Below, in pieces: positions 8,697 through 17,690 of a stretch of 22,661 nucleotides of DNA. The notes under the pieces are model-generated. The model saw only the letters and a list, made by a program, of their open reading frames with translations, was not told the origin of the DNA and made no database searches. A program made the translations under genes and the position numbers. Position 1 is the first letter of the stretch. Each line of letters opens with the position of its first letter. The DNA comes from Trichodesmium sp. jk18x7bins.61 (GTDB lineage: Bacteria; Cyanobacteriota; Cyanobacteriia; Cyanobacteriales; Microcoleaceae): positions 1-22,661 of the forward strand of contig JAJEAQ010000152.1 in assembly GCA_022822685.1 (NCBI GenBank), in the 5' to 3' direction.

Positions 8697-9956
8697 CTAT
8701 TTTCTTGATTCGGCTGATTTTTTTCCACTTTCTATCATGCTTTCCACAGCAGCAGCCACATCAATACCAGCGGTTTGTTTTAACTCCTCAAAGAAAACAG
8801 CCATTTTTGTAGCATTGCTCCCTCCTTGAGCATTAATCACAGTCACATTATCCATATCAACCGCTGGTACAGTAGATACCATAATCTTCAGTAACTCCTC
8901 TAACTTCTGATACAGAAAAACTTCCCGCGCATTTGTACCAGCAGCTTTCCAAGACTCTGCTAACTTCCTAATCCCTTCGGCTTGTGCCTTTCCAGGTTCA
9001 ACAATAGCAGCAGCGTCACCCTTGGCACGAGCGATCGCTCGCTTACATTGTGCCTCTGCTGGTGCAACTACATCTGCCTGTAACTGTTGTTCTACCTGTT
9101 TAATCCGCTCCTTCTGCACTGCTACCTCAGCCTGAGTTCGCGCCACTTCTGAGCCAATATCGGCCTCTGCCTCAGCTACCACTGCTTGTCGTTTTGTCGT
9201 TGCATCTCGAATCCGCCTTTCTGCTTCGGCACGAGCCAGAGCTATCTCAGTTTCAATTTGTTTGAGGGCTGTATTCTTCTGGTTTTCTGCTGCTCGAATA
9301 ACTGATTCTGCCTGAGTCTGGGCTTCAGCAATACGAGAATCCCGCAAAAGTTCAGCCCTTTGCTTACGCCCAATAGAATCAAGATATTCCACTTCATCAG
9401 AAATATTCTGAATTTGCAGAGTATCTAATACTAAACCTAATTTTTCCAGGTCGTCTTCTGCTTCCTCTAGCAAACTTTTAGCAAAAGCAATCTTATCCTC
9501 ATTCACTTGTTCGGGTGTTAAAGAAGCTAAGACACCACGTAGATTTCCTTCTAGAGTTTCCTGGGCTAACTTTTCAATTTCTTGGCGACTTTTTCCTAGC
9601 AGTCGCTCGAGCGCATTATGAATAGTAGGTTCCTCTCCTGCAATTTTGATATTTGCCACACTCTCAACTGTCAGAGGAATACCACCTTTAGAATAAGCAT
9701 TATTAACCTTGAGTTCAATAATCATATTACTCAAATCCATGCGGAAAGCTTGCTCTAACAGTGGTACGCGAACACTACTACCTCCTTTAACCAGACGATA
9801 TCCGACTTTTTTTTCCCTGTCTCCTACACGGCGACGACCTCCTGCGAAAATTAAGACTTCACTTGGTTGACAAATATAATAAAGGTTGCGAATTACAAAG
9901 ACACCTGCACCAGTGCCAAGACCAAAAACTGCTAGTAATGCTAATACTATTTCCAT
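8697..9956 (-). CDS. Flotillin-like SPFH/band-7 protein (FloT/YqiK-like), paralog 1
   Basis: 419 aa. N-terminal TM segment, SPFH core (NAYSKGGIPLTVESVANIKI, TLEGNLRGVLASLTPEQVNEDK) and an EA-rich coiled-coil flotillin tail. No nfeD partner is adjacent. Confidence 0.88.
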   Translation of the reverse strand: MEIVLALLAVFGLGTGAGVFVIRNLYYICQPSEVLIFAGGRRRVGDREKKVGYRLVKGGSSVRVPLLEQAFRMDLSNMIIELKVNNAYSKGGIPLTVESVANIKIAGEEPTIHNALERLLGKSRQEIEKLAQETLEGNLRGVLASLTPEQVNEDKIAFAKSLLEEAEDDLEKLGLVLDTLQIQNISDEVEYLDSIGRKQRAELLRDSRIAEAQTQAESVIRAAENQKNTALKQIETEIALARAEAERRIRDATTKRQAVVAEAEADIGSEVARTQAEVAVQKERIKQVEQQLQADVVAPAEAQCKRAIARAKGDAAAIVEPGKAQAEGIRKLAESWKAAGTNAREVFLYQKLEELLKIMVSTVPAVDMDNVTVINAQGGSNATKMAVFFEELKQTAGIDVAAAVESMIESGKKSAESRK

Positions 9957-10151
9957 AATTTTTTACTCCATAATTTTAGTTGAGAGGGGTGATAAATATG
10001 GGGCTATTAAAGTTATTAAATCATGGCTTTTCCCTGAAGTTTCCCCCTCTATAACATTAACTTTTCAAATGACCAGATGATTTGATTATTTGTCTTATCA
10101 CCTTGCTCTGCTAAAATACCAATAAACCTATCATATATAATCAGAGGAAAT

Positions 10152-10718
10152 ATGTCGGATGTCACAATCAAAGACTTAGAAATAGTGCAAACGGTCTTTA
10201 ACGAAGCAGGTTTAGACTATCAATTAGAACTAGAAAGTGGAAAAATATCAGTTATGGGGCCATCAGATATTGTATCGAGCGAAGTAGGGGTTCGTTTAAT
10301 CGTCGCTCTTTATGCTTGGATAAATCCTCGTCGTCTGGGACGGGTATTCGACTCCGCAGGGGGTTTTATCTTACCCGATAGCAACTTCAAAGCACCAGAT
10401 GTCTCCTTTGTCAAAGCCGAACGCTTGCCACGAAGCATCCGTTACTTTGCAGAAATGGTTCCAGACTTAGCAGTGGAAATCAAGTCTCAAAGCGATCGCC
10501 TTCCTCCCCTGCAACAGAAACTCAAGAAATACATAGAACTAGGGGTGCAAGTAGGAATATTAATTGACCCCGATGAAGAAACAGTAACAGTTTATCGCCC
10601 TACAGGAGAAACCATTGAACTTACAGGGGATGACATCTTGACCGTTCCTGAACTTTTCCCTGGTTGGAAAATATCAATTGCAGAACTTTGGCCACCAGTC
10701 TTTGACTCCGAAGAGTAA
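10152..10718 (+). CDS. Uma2 family (DUF820) PD-(D/E)XK endonuclease-like protein
   Basis: 188 aa, typical cyanobacterial Uma2 architecture (..PDVSFV..ELWPPVFDSEE). Confidence 0.8.
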   Translation: MSDVTIKDLEIVQTVFNEAGLDYQLELESGKISVMGPSDIVSSEVGVRLIVALYAWINPRRLGRVFDSAGGFILPDSNFKAPDVSFVKAERLPRSIRYFAEMVPDLAVEIKSQSDRLPPLQQKLKKYIELGVQVGILIDPDEETVTVYRPTGETIELTGDDILTVPELFPGWKISIAELWPPVFDSEE

Positions 10719-10831
10719 AGTCGATTAGTCCCGATGATTTGGAGGGGAAAGTAGTTGAATTTGTTTGCGATTAAAGGTGTTACTAGAGAAGCGCTCAAAA
10801 GATCAACAAACGATCGCTTTAAATTCCTCAT

Positions 10832-11314
10832 TTAACGTAAATTATCTTTAATAGCGATTTCAATTTTATTAATCATCACGTTACCACCTTCAATTTGTTC
10901 TAGAAGTCCTTCTATCTTTAAATTTGAAGATGTTTGAATTACTGCTTCTTGAGCGCAAATATAAAACTTGTTATGATCCTCTGTTGCTCTAGCATCAACA
11001 ATTTCAAATTGATTAGACTGTATTTTCTCGATCAGGTCAACAACTGCTTGTCTTCTATCTTGATCTAATCCTATCCTCAAATTTCGCATTATTTCTTTAA
11101 TCAGAGCCATTCTAGCTCGTTCTTTACCAGGAGCATCTAAACCAACCTATCTTTTGGTTGGTTTACCTGTAGTGTAACGACGAATTAAGTTCCACCCCTT
11201 AATAGTAAAAAAACCTGTAGCAATCCTGATTTTTATTTTAGCTTTTTGTAACCATTTGATTATATATTGAAATGATTTACCTGATTCAAACCAACTTGAA
11301 CGTTCTATTTTCAT
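10832..11314 (-). pseudogene. Small PLD-superfamily (HKD, Nuc-like) nuclease-like protein, 160 codons, interrupted by an in-frame TAG at codon 56 (11147-11149). The HKD motif is degenerate: HNKFYICAQEAVIQTSSN
   Basis: The ORF track shows only the 92-aa distal part. The same frame stays open upstream to ATG 11314: MKIERSSWFESGKSFQYIIKWLQKAKIKIRIATGFFTIKGWNLIRRYTTGKPTKR-TAG-VGLDAPGKERARMALIKE... This carries the PLD N-terminal IRIATGyF-like strand and H-x-K-x4-(D->A)-x6-(G->T)-S-x-N spacing. Confidence 0.5.
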
Positions 11315-11819
11315 TATTTAATTTGTAATGTAAATTTTAACCAAATTAGTTGATAAATTAATTCAGTGTAAGACTTGAAGTTTTATGTGTTCGTGTTTAA
11401 AACTGAGTGCAACCGCAACATTCTGGTTAGCAAAAATTGAATACAGTTGTACGCGGTTGTATGAAATCAATGAAACTATTGTGTAGCCAGAACTCGATCT
11501 TTTTGAGACATAATTGTCACAATTATGTCTTTTTTTTTCTGCCAACCCCTTGTCATAATTTTCTCAGTTAAAGTAATATAGAAATGAAGCCAGCAATAAT
11601 AAATTTGACAGGGACTTATACCATTTTGATCAATTTGGCACGCGATATATAGTGATCATCCGATGTGTCATACCAAGCGTGAAAAAATCTGGTTACAAAT
11701 GAATGGCTGGAAGTCTATTCCATTGCTGGTTTTGCTATAGCAGTGATTCTTAAAATTGGTATAAGTCCTGTATGAAAATGAGATCGGCATATAGTCACAA
11801 TCAAGAAGGAAAATGAACA

Positions 11820-12455
11820 ATGACACAAGCAAACAATCAGGTAATTGAAACAGTTAAAAAACCACTTCCTTTTACTTTGATGCCAGATCGTTATTGGTGG
11901 GAAACTTTATGGTCAGATCCCCAACAAACATTAACAACTCTAGGATTAAAGCCTGGATTATCAGTACTAGATTTGGGTTGTGGCTACGGTCACTTTACTA
12001 TTTCTGCCGCCCGTTTAGTTGCCCCTGCACCTGTAGTTGGTATAGAGATAGATCGCCATATTTTAGAGGAAGCGCGTCATAATTCTTTCCCATTAACCAA
12101 CTGCTCTTGGCTCAATGAGGACTTTCTTGATCTAAAAAAAATATTGACTAATAAGTTTGATTTTGTCATAATGTACAGTACCTTTCATGGTATTCCCAAT
12201 CCCATCAAGCTAGTACAGGATATCACTACTCTACTAAAACCAAGAGGGTTTTTCTCTGTAATTAACTGGTTGCCAATTCCCCGGGAAGAAACAATTTGGC
12301 TCGGTGCACCTCGCGGTCCTAAAACCGAAGTACGTATCCACCCAAACAAGCTGATCTCTACCGTGTGTTCAGCTACAGAAAAACTATTACCAATGCCCAC
12401 TATTCTACTTCCTCCTTATCACTATGGAATTAATTTTATGTTAAACCAGAATTAA
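11820..12455 (+). CDS. Class I SAM-dependent methyltransferase (small-molecule type, Methyltransf_11/25-like)
   Basis: 211 aa. Motif I VLDLGCGYGHFT, with acidic loop and motif II spacing. No DNA-MTase motifs. Confidence 0.78.
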   Translation: MTQANNQVIETVKKPLPFTLMPDRYWWETLWSDPQQTLTTLGLKPGLSVLDLGCGYGHFTISAARLVAPAPVVGIEIDRHILEEARHNSFPLTNCSWLNEDFLDLKKILTNKFDFVIMYSTFHGIPNPIKLVQDITTLLKPRGFFSVINWLPIPREETIWLGAPRGPKTEVRIHPNKLISTVCSATEKLLPMPTILLPPYHYGINFMLNQN

Positions 12456-12506
12456 TAGTAGTGGTTAGTCCGTCAATGCTTTGTAAGTTATAGCAGTACG
12501 TTTTTT

Positions 12507-12674
12507 GGTTAGGACAATAAATCTGGGGTGAAAGGCAAGAGGCAAGAGCGCCGATCCCCCGCGTCGACGAAAGGACGGGGCTTGCAGGGTGCGGACTTTA
12601 GTGACTCACACAGCCCATCCGCAAGGGAACGTGTAGGTTCGAGAGGCAAGAGGCAATAGAGGGATGTCCTAACC
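12507..12674. repeat. IR-flanked 168-bp element: ggttaggacaata ... gatgtcctaacc. Has inner direct repeats aggcaagaggcaagag / gagaggcaagaggcaatagag and a GC-rich hairpin-prone core. A further tgtcctaacc lies at 12712-12721
   Basis: Read directly from the sequence. Whether it is a MITE or a structured RNA is unresolved. Confidence 0.4.
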
Positions 12675-12768
12675 TTAATGCGTAGCATTATAAAATACTA
12701 CTTCTATTTTATGTCCTAACCGCTATGGCGGTTGCTATAGGTTGAGAAAGCAAAATTAAACTGACATA

Positions 12769-12805
12769 GTTGTTGGGTGGTGCTACTGCTTAACCCAAGC
12801 TACAG
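12769..12805. repeat. Hairpin repeat gttgttgggtggtgctactgcttaacccaagctacag
   Basis: Related to the nested hairpin at 8600-8632. Confidence 0.45.
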
Positions 12806-13027
12806 TATTATAGGCTTGCACAAAGGAAAATCATGTTATAGAATCTGCTGATGAATTGTCTTTATTCTCAGCAAAGTAAGTGGTAAAAAATGGTGCTCGT
12901 CGGGGAAATAATCATTCGCCACTGTGCAACACCGTATTATAACTATCTCTCCAAGCAAGATTCTCTGACTTGTATTGGTTTGATAATTTTGTTATGCCTC
13001 TTGAAATGCTTAATATCTGAGCAGGTA

Positions 13028-14437
13028 TCACTCATCTGAGGCCTCCGTAACTTCTTTTTCCGCAGACAAGGATGTAACTTTTTTCCGATTCCGAACGCTA
13101 AAGTTGCCCATCACATCCACACCAAGGGTTTGATTGACATTTGTGAGGAACTGGCGGAAGATTTCCGGATAAGCATTAACCAAACTAGCGATCGACTTAC
13201 CATCTCCACTATCAACCACATTGATATTTTGCAACTTAACTTGCTCTGGCACTTTAGCAGATTCGCGCAAAATCATACTGATTTGTTGTAAGTAGAATAA
13301 CTCAGCCGCATCCTTACCAGTCTCCTGCCAAACCAGGGAAAGCATATCATTAACTAAAGCCTCAGCTTGAGCATTTTCTGATAAAGAAGCTGCTTCTCCT
13401 TTTGAATGAAGTTCTTGAGCTTGCCGTTGTGCTTCTGCTGGCAATACTTCATCTGCTTCTAGACGCAATCTCTCTAATTCGGCGCGGACTGTTTGCAATA
13501 ATTGTTCGGCTTTCGCTCTGGCTTCCTTGGCTGCAGCGATAGTTCGTTCTTCTTCTGAGCGGGCTTGTTGTTCCAATTCTGCCTTAATTTTGCGCAGCTC
13601 GTTTTCTTTCTGGACGATGAGTGTTACTGACTGAGTTTTAGCAATTTCTGCCTCTCGTTTAGAATCAGCTTCTATTTGTTCGGCTTCTGCTTGAGCATTA
13701 GATTCGGCTATTTCAGCATCTCGACGAATCATGGCGATTTGTTTGCGGCCGATGGAGTTTAGGTAATCGACATCATCGGAAACGCTTTGAACTTTTAGGA
13801 TATCAAGTTGTAGACCCAATTTTTCTAAGTCGCGACTCACGTCTTCTGCAATGCGTTCGGCAAATTGCAGACGGTCTTCGTTGAGTTGTTCTGGGGTGAG
13901 AGTTGCTACAACACCGCGTAAGTTTCCTTCCAGGGTTTCTCTAGCCACGCGAGTAATTTCTGAGCGATCGCGCTCAAGAAATCTTTCTATAGCATTGCCG
14001 ACTATTTTAGGATTGTTGGAAACTTTGATATTAGCGATCGCCTGGATATTCAGGGGGATACCTCCTTTGGAATAAGCATTCCGCACTTCGACTGGCACTG
14101 GCATAGTCCGTAAGTCCATTATTTTGGCTGTTTCCAGAATGGGAATTAGAATTGTTCTGCCACCAAAAATTACACGATAACCAACTTCTTGTCCCTCTTT
14201 TGTCCGACGCTTCCGACCAGATAAAATTAAGATTTCATTGGGCTTGCAAATTTGCAGGAATGTATTGAGAAACCAGATTAAGATGATTACTCCAAATATA
14301 GATAGAGCGATCGGTAAACCAGAATAAATTTGTCCTGTTAAGCTAGAGTCTTGGTTATTTTCGATTACACTCGGAATTTGTGATATTTCTACTGTATTTG
14401 TTTTGGTTTTCTCCGATTCTAATAATTGACTTTTCAT
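13028..14437 (-). CDS. Flotillin-like SPFH/band-7 protein (FloT/YqiK-like), paralog 2
   Basis: 469 aa, collinear with paralog 1 (NAYSKGGIPLNIQAIANIKV, TLEGNLRGVVATLTPEQLNEDR) and with an EA/Q-rich C-terminus. Preceded by two nfeD-like genes. Confidence 0.88.
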   Translation of the reverse strand: MKSQLLESEKTKTNTVEISQIPSVIENNQDSSLTGQIYSGLPIALSIFGVIILIWFLNTFLQICKPNEILILSGRKRRTKEGQEVGYRVIFGGRTILIPILETAKIMDLRTMPVPVEVRNAYSKGGIPLNIQAIANIKVSNNPKIVGNAIERFLERDRSEITRVARETLEGNLRGVVATLTPEQLNEDRLQFAERIAEDVSRDLEKLGLQLDILKVQSVSDDVDYLNSIGRKQIAMIRRDAEIAESNAQAEAEQIEADSKREAEIAKTQSVTLIVQKENELRKIKAELEQQARSEEERTIAAAKEARAKAEQLLQTVRAELERLRLEADEVLPAEAQRQAQELHSKGEAASLSENAQAEALVNDMLSLVWQETGKDAAELFYLQQISMILRESAKVPEQVKLQNINVVDSGDGKSIASLVNAYPEIFRQFLTNVNQTLGVDVMGNFSVRNRKKVTSLSAEKEVTEASDE

Positions 14438-14612
14438 TAGCTAAATTTCCCCACGAATTATGATGTAATTAATAATCAATTTGAAGTCAAGTATAGTTAA
14501 TTACTTATTATGATTATTTCTAATTCTGAAAAGATGATTTTGAAACCTCCCAGACCTGATTATTTTCCGTACCTACAATAAATACTTTTTCTCTCTGACT
14601 AAATTCCTAAAA

Positions 14613-14855
14613 TTATTCTGTACGGGCAACTATTTCAATCTTATGGCCTTTAACATTTCTCCTAATTTTACCCCGACTGTGAGTATCAAATGGAACTTCT
14701 AAAGTGCCTGGTAAACCCCAAAAATCTTGAGGACTGATCAGACTATTTATTACTTGTTTTCGCCGAAAAATTGACAATAACAAAACTATTAACATCCCAG
14801 TAAATATCCCCACTCCTACTGAAATGTAGACTAACATTAAAATTTGATTTTTCAT
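14613..14855 (-). CDS. Short NfeD-like membrane protein (TM helix plus C-terminal OB-fold). Probable start MKNQ at 14855; the alternative start at 14945 would overlap the upstream gene
   Basis: C-terminus GLPGTLEVPFDTHSRGKIRRNVKGHKIEIVARTE parallels that of the upstream paralog. Sits directly upstream of the flotillin, as in yuaF-yuaG / yqiJ-yqiK operons. Confidence 0.5.
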   Translation of the reverse strand: MKNQILMLVYISVGVGIFTGMLIVLLLSIFRRKQVINSLISPQDFWGLPGTLEVPFDTHSRGKIRRNVKGHKIEIVARTE

Positions 14856-14928
14856 GCTGATTATTTCCAGCTTTTCATCTCCTGGTTGAAACACCAAAGC
14901 TTTGAAAGCCAGCTTTCTGGTAAAAAAC

Positions 14929-15537
14929 CTAAGATTTATCATCATCAGACTTTGTCAGGTAATCTTCTGATACTACCCACACTCTATTATTTTCTACTCC
15001 GACGATAAATGCCTTTTCTCCTTTAGTAAACTCTCTAGATTCTTCAGTAAAAGCTATAAATTCCACTAGAGAATTTTTGATATTTAATCTGATTTTCCCT
15101 TGACTATCTTGATCAAAAGGAATTTCTACAGTTCCAGAAAGACCAACTAAATCATTACTACGCACCAAGCTATCTGCTGGACGATTTTTTAAGATATGTA
15201 GTACCCATGCCATAATTGTGCCACATAAAATACCAACAAGAAGAGAAATAATGGCAATTTTTATGGGTGAGAGGGTGGTATAAAAAAAGGATAATAAAAT
15301 TCCAGTTAACCCAAAGAAGCAATTACCAAAAGTCCAGAACTTCAAGCTAAATAATGGTAGCCACAATCTTCTGCGAGGCCGATATTCTGAAATATTACCT
15401 TGTTTATTTGTTTGATCTGTAATTTCTAAGTCTTGATCAAAGTCTTGGTCAAAATCTACCCCATCTAGGCCGGCAAATGCGGACATTGCTACAAATGCTC
15501 CACCAACAATGAGACAGAAAAAATATGCTGATTCCAT
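14929..15537 (-). CDS. NfeD-like membrane protein (YuaF/YqiJ-like), 202 aa
   Basis: Two or three TM helices, then an OB-fold-like C-terminus (GLSGTVEIPFDQDSQGKIRLNIKNSLVEFIAFTEE..KGEKAFIVGVENNRVWVV). Same operon position as nfeD-flotillin pairs. Confidence 0.62.
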   Translation of the reverse strand: MESAYFFCLIVGGAFVAMSAFAGLDGVDFDQDFDQDLEITDQTNKQGNISEYRPRRRLWLPLFSLKFWTFGNCFFGLTGILLSFFYTTLSPIKIAIISLLVGILCGTIMAWVLHILKNRPADSLVRSNDLVGLSGTVEIPFDQDSQGKIRLNIKNSLVEFIAFTEESREFTKGEKAFIVGVENNRVWVVSEDYLTKSDDDKS

Positions 15538-15676
15538 AAGTTTTTCTTGATAATTAGACTTGAAATCTCAGGCAAGAGAAATTGATTATTTCTTTCAGGG
15601 CTTAGGCATGAGAAATACAAAAACAGGCTTGAGATTACTTTACTGTCGTTGGCTGACGCCAAGCTGGCGCTAACGT

Positions 15677-15825
15677 ATTGTTTGTAAAACTCTGGTTAAA
15701 TTCTTGCGTAGGGTGGGATATTGTGGAAATATCTCCTCGTATTCACCAGAATTTTAGTTGTCCACCGCCGGCCACCAGAATTAAGCACTCTAGCTATCTT
15801 AATATTTGCTTGACAAACAGTCTCT
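15677..15825. mobile_element. MITE-like element copy B (~149 bp), same family as 5709-5876
   Basis: Shared TIRs and internal core. Lacks the 33-bp nested hairpin present in copy A. Confidence 0.55.
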
Positions 15826-16161
15826 TATATTGGGTAAGTCATATATTTATTGTAGTTTATTTTAATTTCAGTTTGACAAGGGAGTGTATTTTTAATAATT
15901 TATATTCTTGCAAATTAGCTTCCTAATCTACAGATTTGTAAAAAAAATTTATGGAAGTTGCATAGAATTTATCCTCCAGCCCTCCTTTGCTAGAGGGGAG
16001 TAGAGCCAGCCATTTTATATTTCCCCTCTTTCTAGGGCTATGGTTTACCCATAAGTCTTATAATCTTTACAGAGCAAAGATTTCATAAGTAAATCCCTAC
16101 CTAATTTATCCCTTTCTTATAAGCTAGTTGTATCAAGATTAAGGCCATCGAGAGCTAAATT

Positions 16162-16227
16162 GATGCGTTCGCGCTAGCGATGCGTAGCATTATCGTTCGC
16201 GCTAGCGATGCGTAGCATGAGCGCGAG
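16162..16227. repeat. Two-copy tandem repeat of gttcgcgctagcgatgcgtagcat (period 28)
   Basis: Read directly from the sequence. gcgtagcat also occurs at 12679. Confidence 0.6.
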
Positions 16228-16438
16228 AAATCACAGGGCAACTATCAAAAGTGATCATTGTAATCTATAAGCCTGTATAGGCAGCAGCATTTTCAGGAGT
16301 TATGGGTAAAGCATAGCTGGGAAAGGGGGGCGCCGGGGATCTCAAACAGGATGGTTAGAGGGGGTATTGTCTGGGGATGGAGACACAAGAAGCAATCTTG
16401 GTGATCGCGCTCTCATTAATGAAACACTAAATACTAAA

Positions 16439-16496
16439 GCTTGTAGTTGGGCTGTAAGTTTATATATAGTTGAGGGGCGGCATCCCAACTACAAAC
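16439..16496. repeat. Hairpin repeat cttgtagttgggctg...gcggcatcccaactacaaac
   Basis: gttcgtagttgg family member. Confidence 0.55.
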
Positions 16497-16577
16497 AAAG
16501 ATTTTTTATAACTTTCCTAGATTTTATCAAGGAAAATGGGGCATATATCAACCAGTCAGAATAATTTCAATTGACTA

Positions 16578-17690
16578 TTGACTATTAAAATTGAGGCCAA
16601 TATTATGAATGAGCGTCGCTATGGATTTTTACTAAGCCTGTTGTTGTTAGGAGTGGGCTTAATATTATCAATTATTTTTAATCCCACTATCGACGTTGCA
16701 GCAAAATCAGTAACTATTGAAATCAACCCCCAACAATATTTAGTTAGTCGCATTTATACCCCTACTTCACAAGCACCCCACCCAGTTATCTTACTATGTC
16801 ACGGTGTCAATAATAGTAAAGAAATGATGGCGCCATTAGCAGTAGAGTTGGCAAAACATGGAATAGCAGCGATCGCCTTCGACTTTAGTGGTTATGGCGA
16901 ATCTTCCCCATTGAAAGCTGCTGAAAAATCTATAGAAAATTTGGAAAAACAAACCCAGACAGATGCGACAGCAGTTCTCGCTTATATTCGCTCTCACCCA
17001 GAAATGTTTGATCAAGAGCGCATTGGCATCCTAGGTCATTCGATGGGGGGAGCCACAGCATTAACATTGGGACAAAAAGAAGAAGTATTGCGATCTACAA
17101 TCATTTTGGGCATTAGTGGCACTGCTACCCCCACAATCCCCCGAAATCTATTTTTGGGCGCTGGTGTTTATGAACAAATTAACTCTCCCCAAGACTTACG
17201 AGTCACACTGCAACAGGCAACAGTCAACAAAAATCCTGTTTGCATCAACGATAGTAATCACATTTGCGGTGATTTTAGCGTTCGCACTGCTCGATTGTTA
17301 ATAATTTCTGGCACCGCCGACCATATTATTGAACCCTACGATCCATATTTAATGATGGAGGTAGTCAAATGGGCAAAAAGTAGCTTAGATATAAATCCTA
17401 CTACAGAAGTAAAATTAGCCACAACTGGTTTAATCATTTCTTTATTGTTCACATTTGCTGGTGGTATTGCTTCTGGTGTTTGTATATTGCTCCAGCCTGA
17501 TCAAAAAATCAGAAAGCAGGCAGTGAAAAACAAAGGAGGAAGTTTGGCAGAAGATACATATTTTCATCACATTAAAAAAACTAGCTACGTTGAAAGTACA
17601 ATTGTTATGGCGACGTTGTGTCACCAGGCTATTGGCAATACAAATGACAATTATTTGGCTGATGGCAGTAACTGGAGTTGCACCAACTAG
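16578..17690 (+). CDS. Membrane-anchored alpha/beta-fold hydrolase (dienelactone-hydrolase-like). The start could instead be ATG 16605
   Basis: N-terminal TM helix, nucleophile elbow GHSMGG, ..SGTADHII.., and a further TM helix near the C-terminus. Confidence 0.75.
   Translation: MTIKIEANIMNERRYGFLLSLLLLGVGLILSIIFNPTIDVAAKSVTIEINPQQYLVSRIYTPTSQAPHPVILLCHGVNNSKEMMAPLAVELAKHGIAAIAFDFSGYGESSPLKAAEKSIENLEKQTQTDATAVLAYIRSHPEMFDQERIGILGHSMGGATALTLGQKEEVLRSTIILGISGTATPTIPRNLFLGAGVYEQINSPQDLRVTLQQATVNKNPVCINDSNHICGDFSVRTARLLIISGTADHIIEPYDPYLMMEVVKWAKSSLDINPTTEVKLATTGLIISLLFTFAGGIASGVCILLQPDQKIRKQAVKNKGGSLAEDTYFHHIKKTSYVESTIVMATLCHQAIGNTNDNYLADGSNWSCTN

Noticed and set aside
8608-8829. 73-aa plus-strand ORF
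   Set aside because: It starts inside the hairpin repeat and overlaps the flotillin 3' end antisense.
9886-10080. 64-aa plus-strand ORF
   Set aside because: It overlaps the flotillin start antisense and spans the intergenic inverted repeat.
10592-10831. 79-aa minus-strand ORF
   Set aside because: Antisense overlap with the Uma2 gene 3' end. The real minus-strand gene begins at 10832.
11363-11545. 60-aa minus-strand ORF
   Set aside because: AT-rich spacer with no coding features.
11894-12400. ORFs 11894-12082 (+) and 12185-12400 (-)
   Set aside because: Alternative-frame or antisense overlaps of the methyltransferase gene.
13851-14075. 74-aa plus-strand ORF
   Set aside because: Antisense inside flotillin 2. 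The R/S-rich translation is typical of antisense ORFs on EA-rich coiled-coil sequence.
15678-15926. 82-aa plus-strand ORF
   Set aside because: It begins inside MITE copy B and continues into AT-rich spacer.
16367-16564. 65-aa plus-strand ORF
   Set aside because: It spans the hairpin repeat at 16439-16496.
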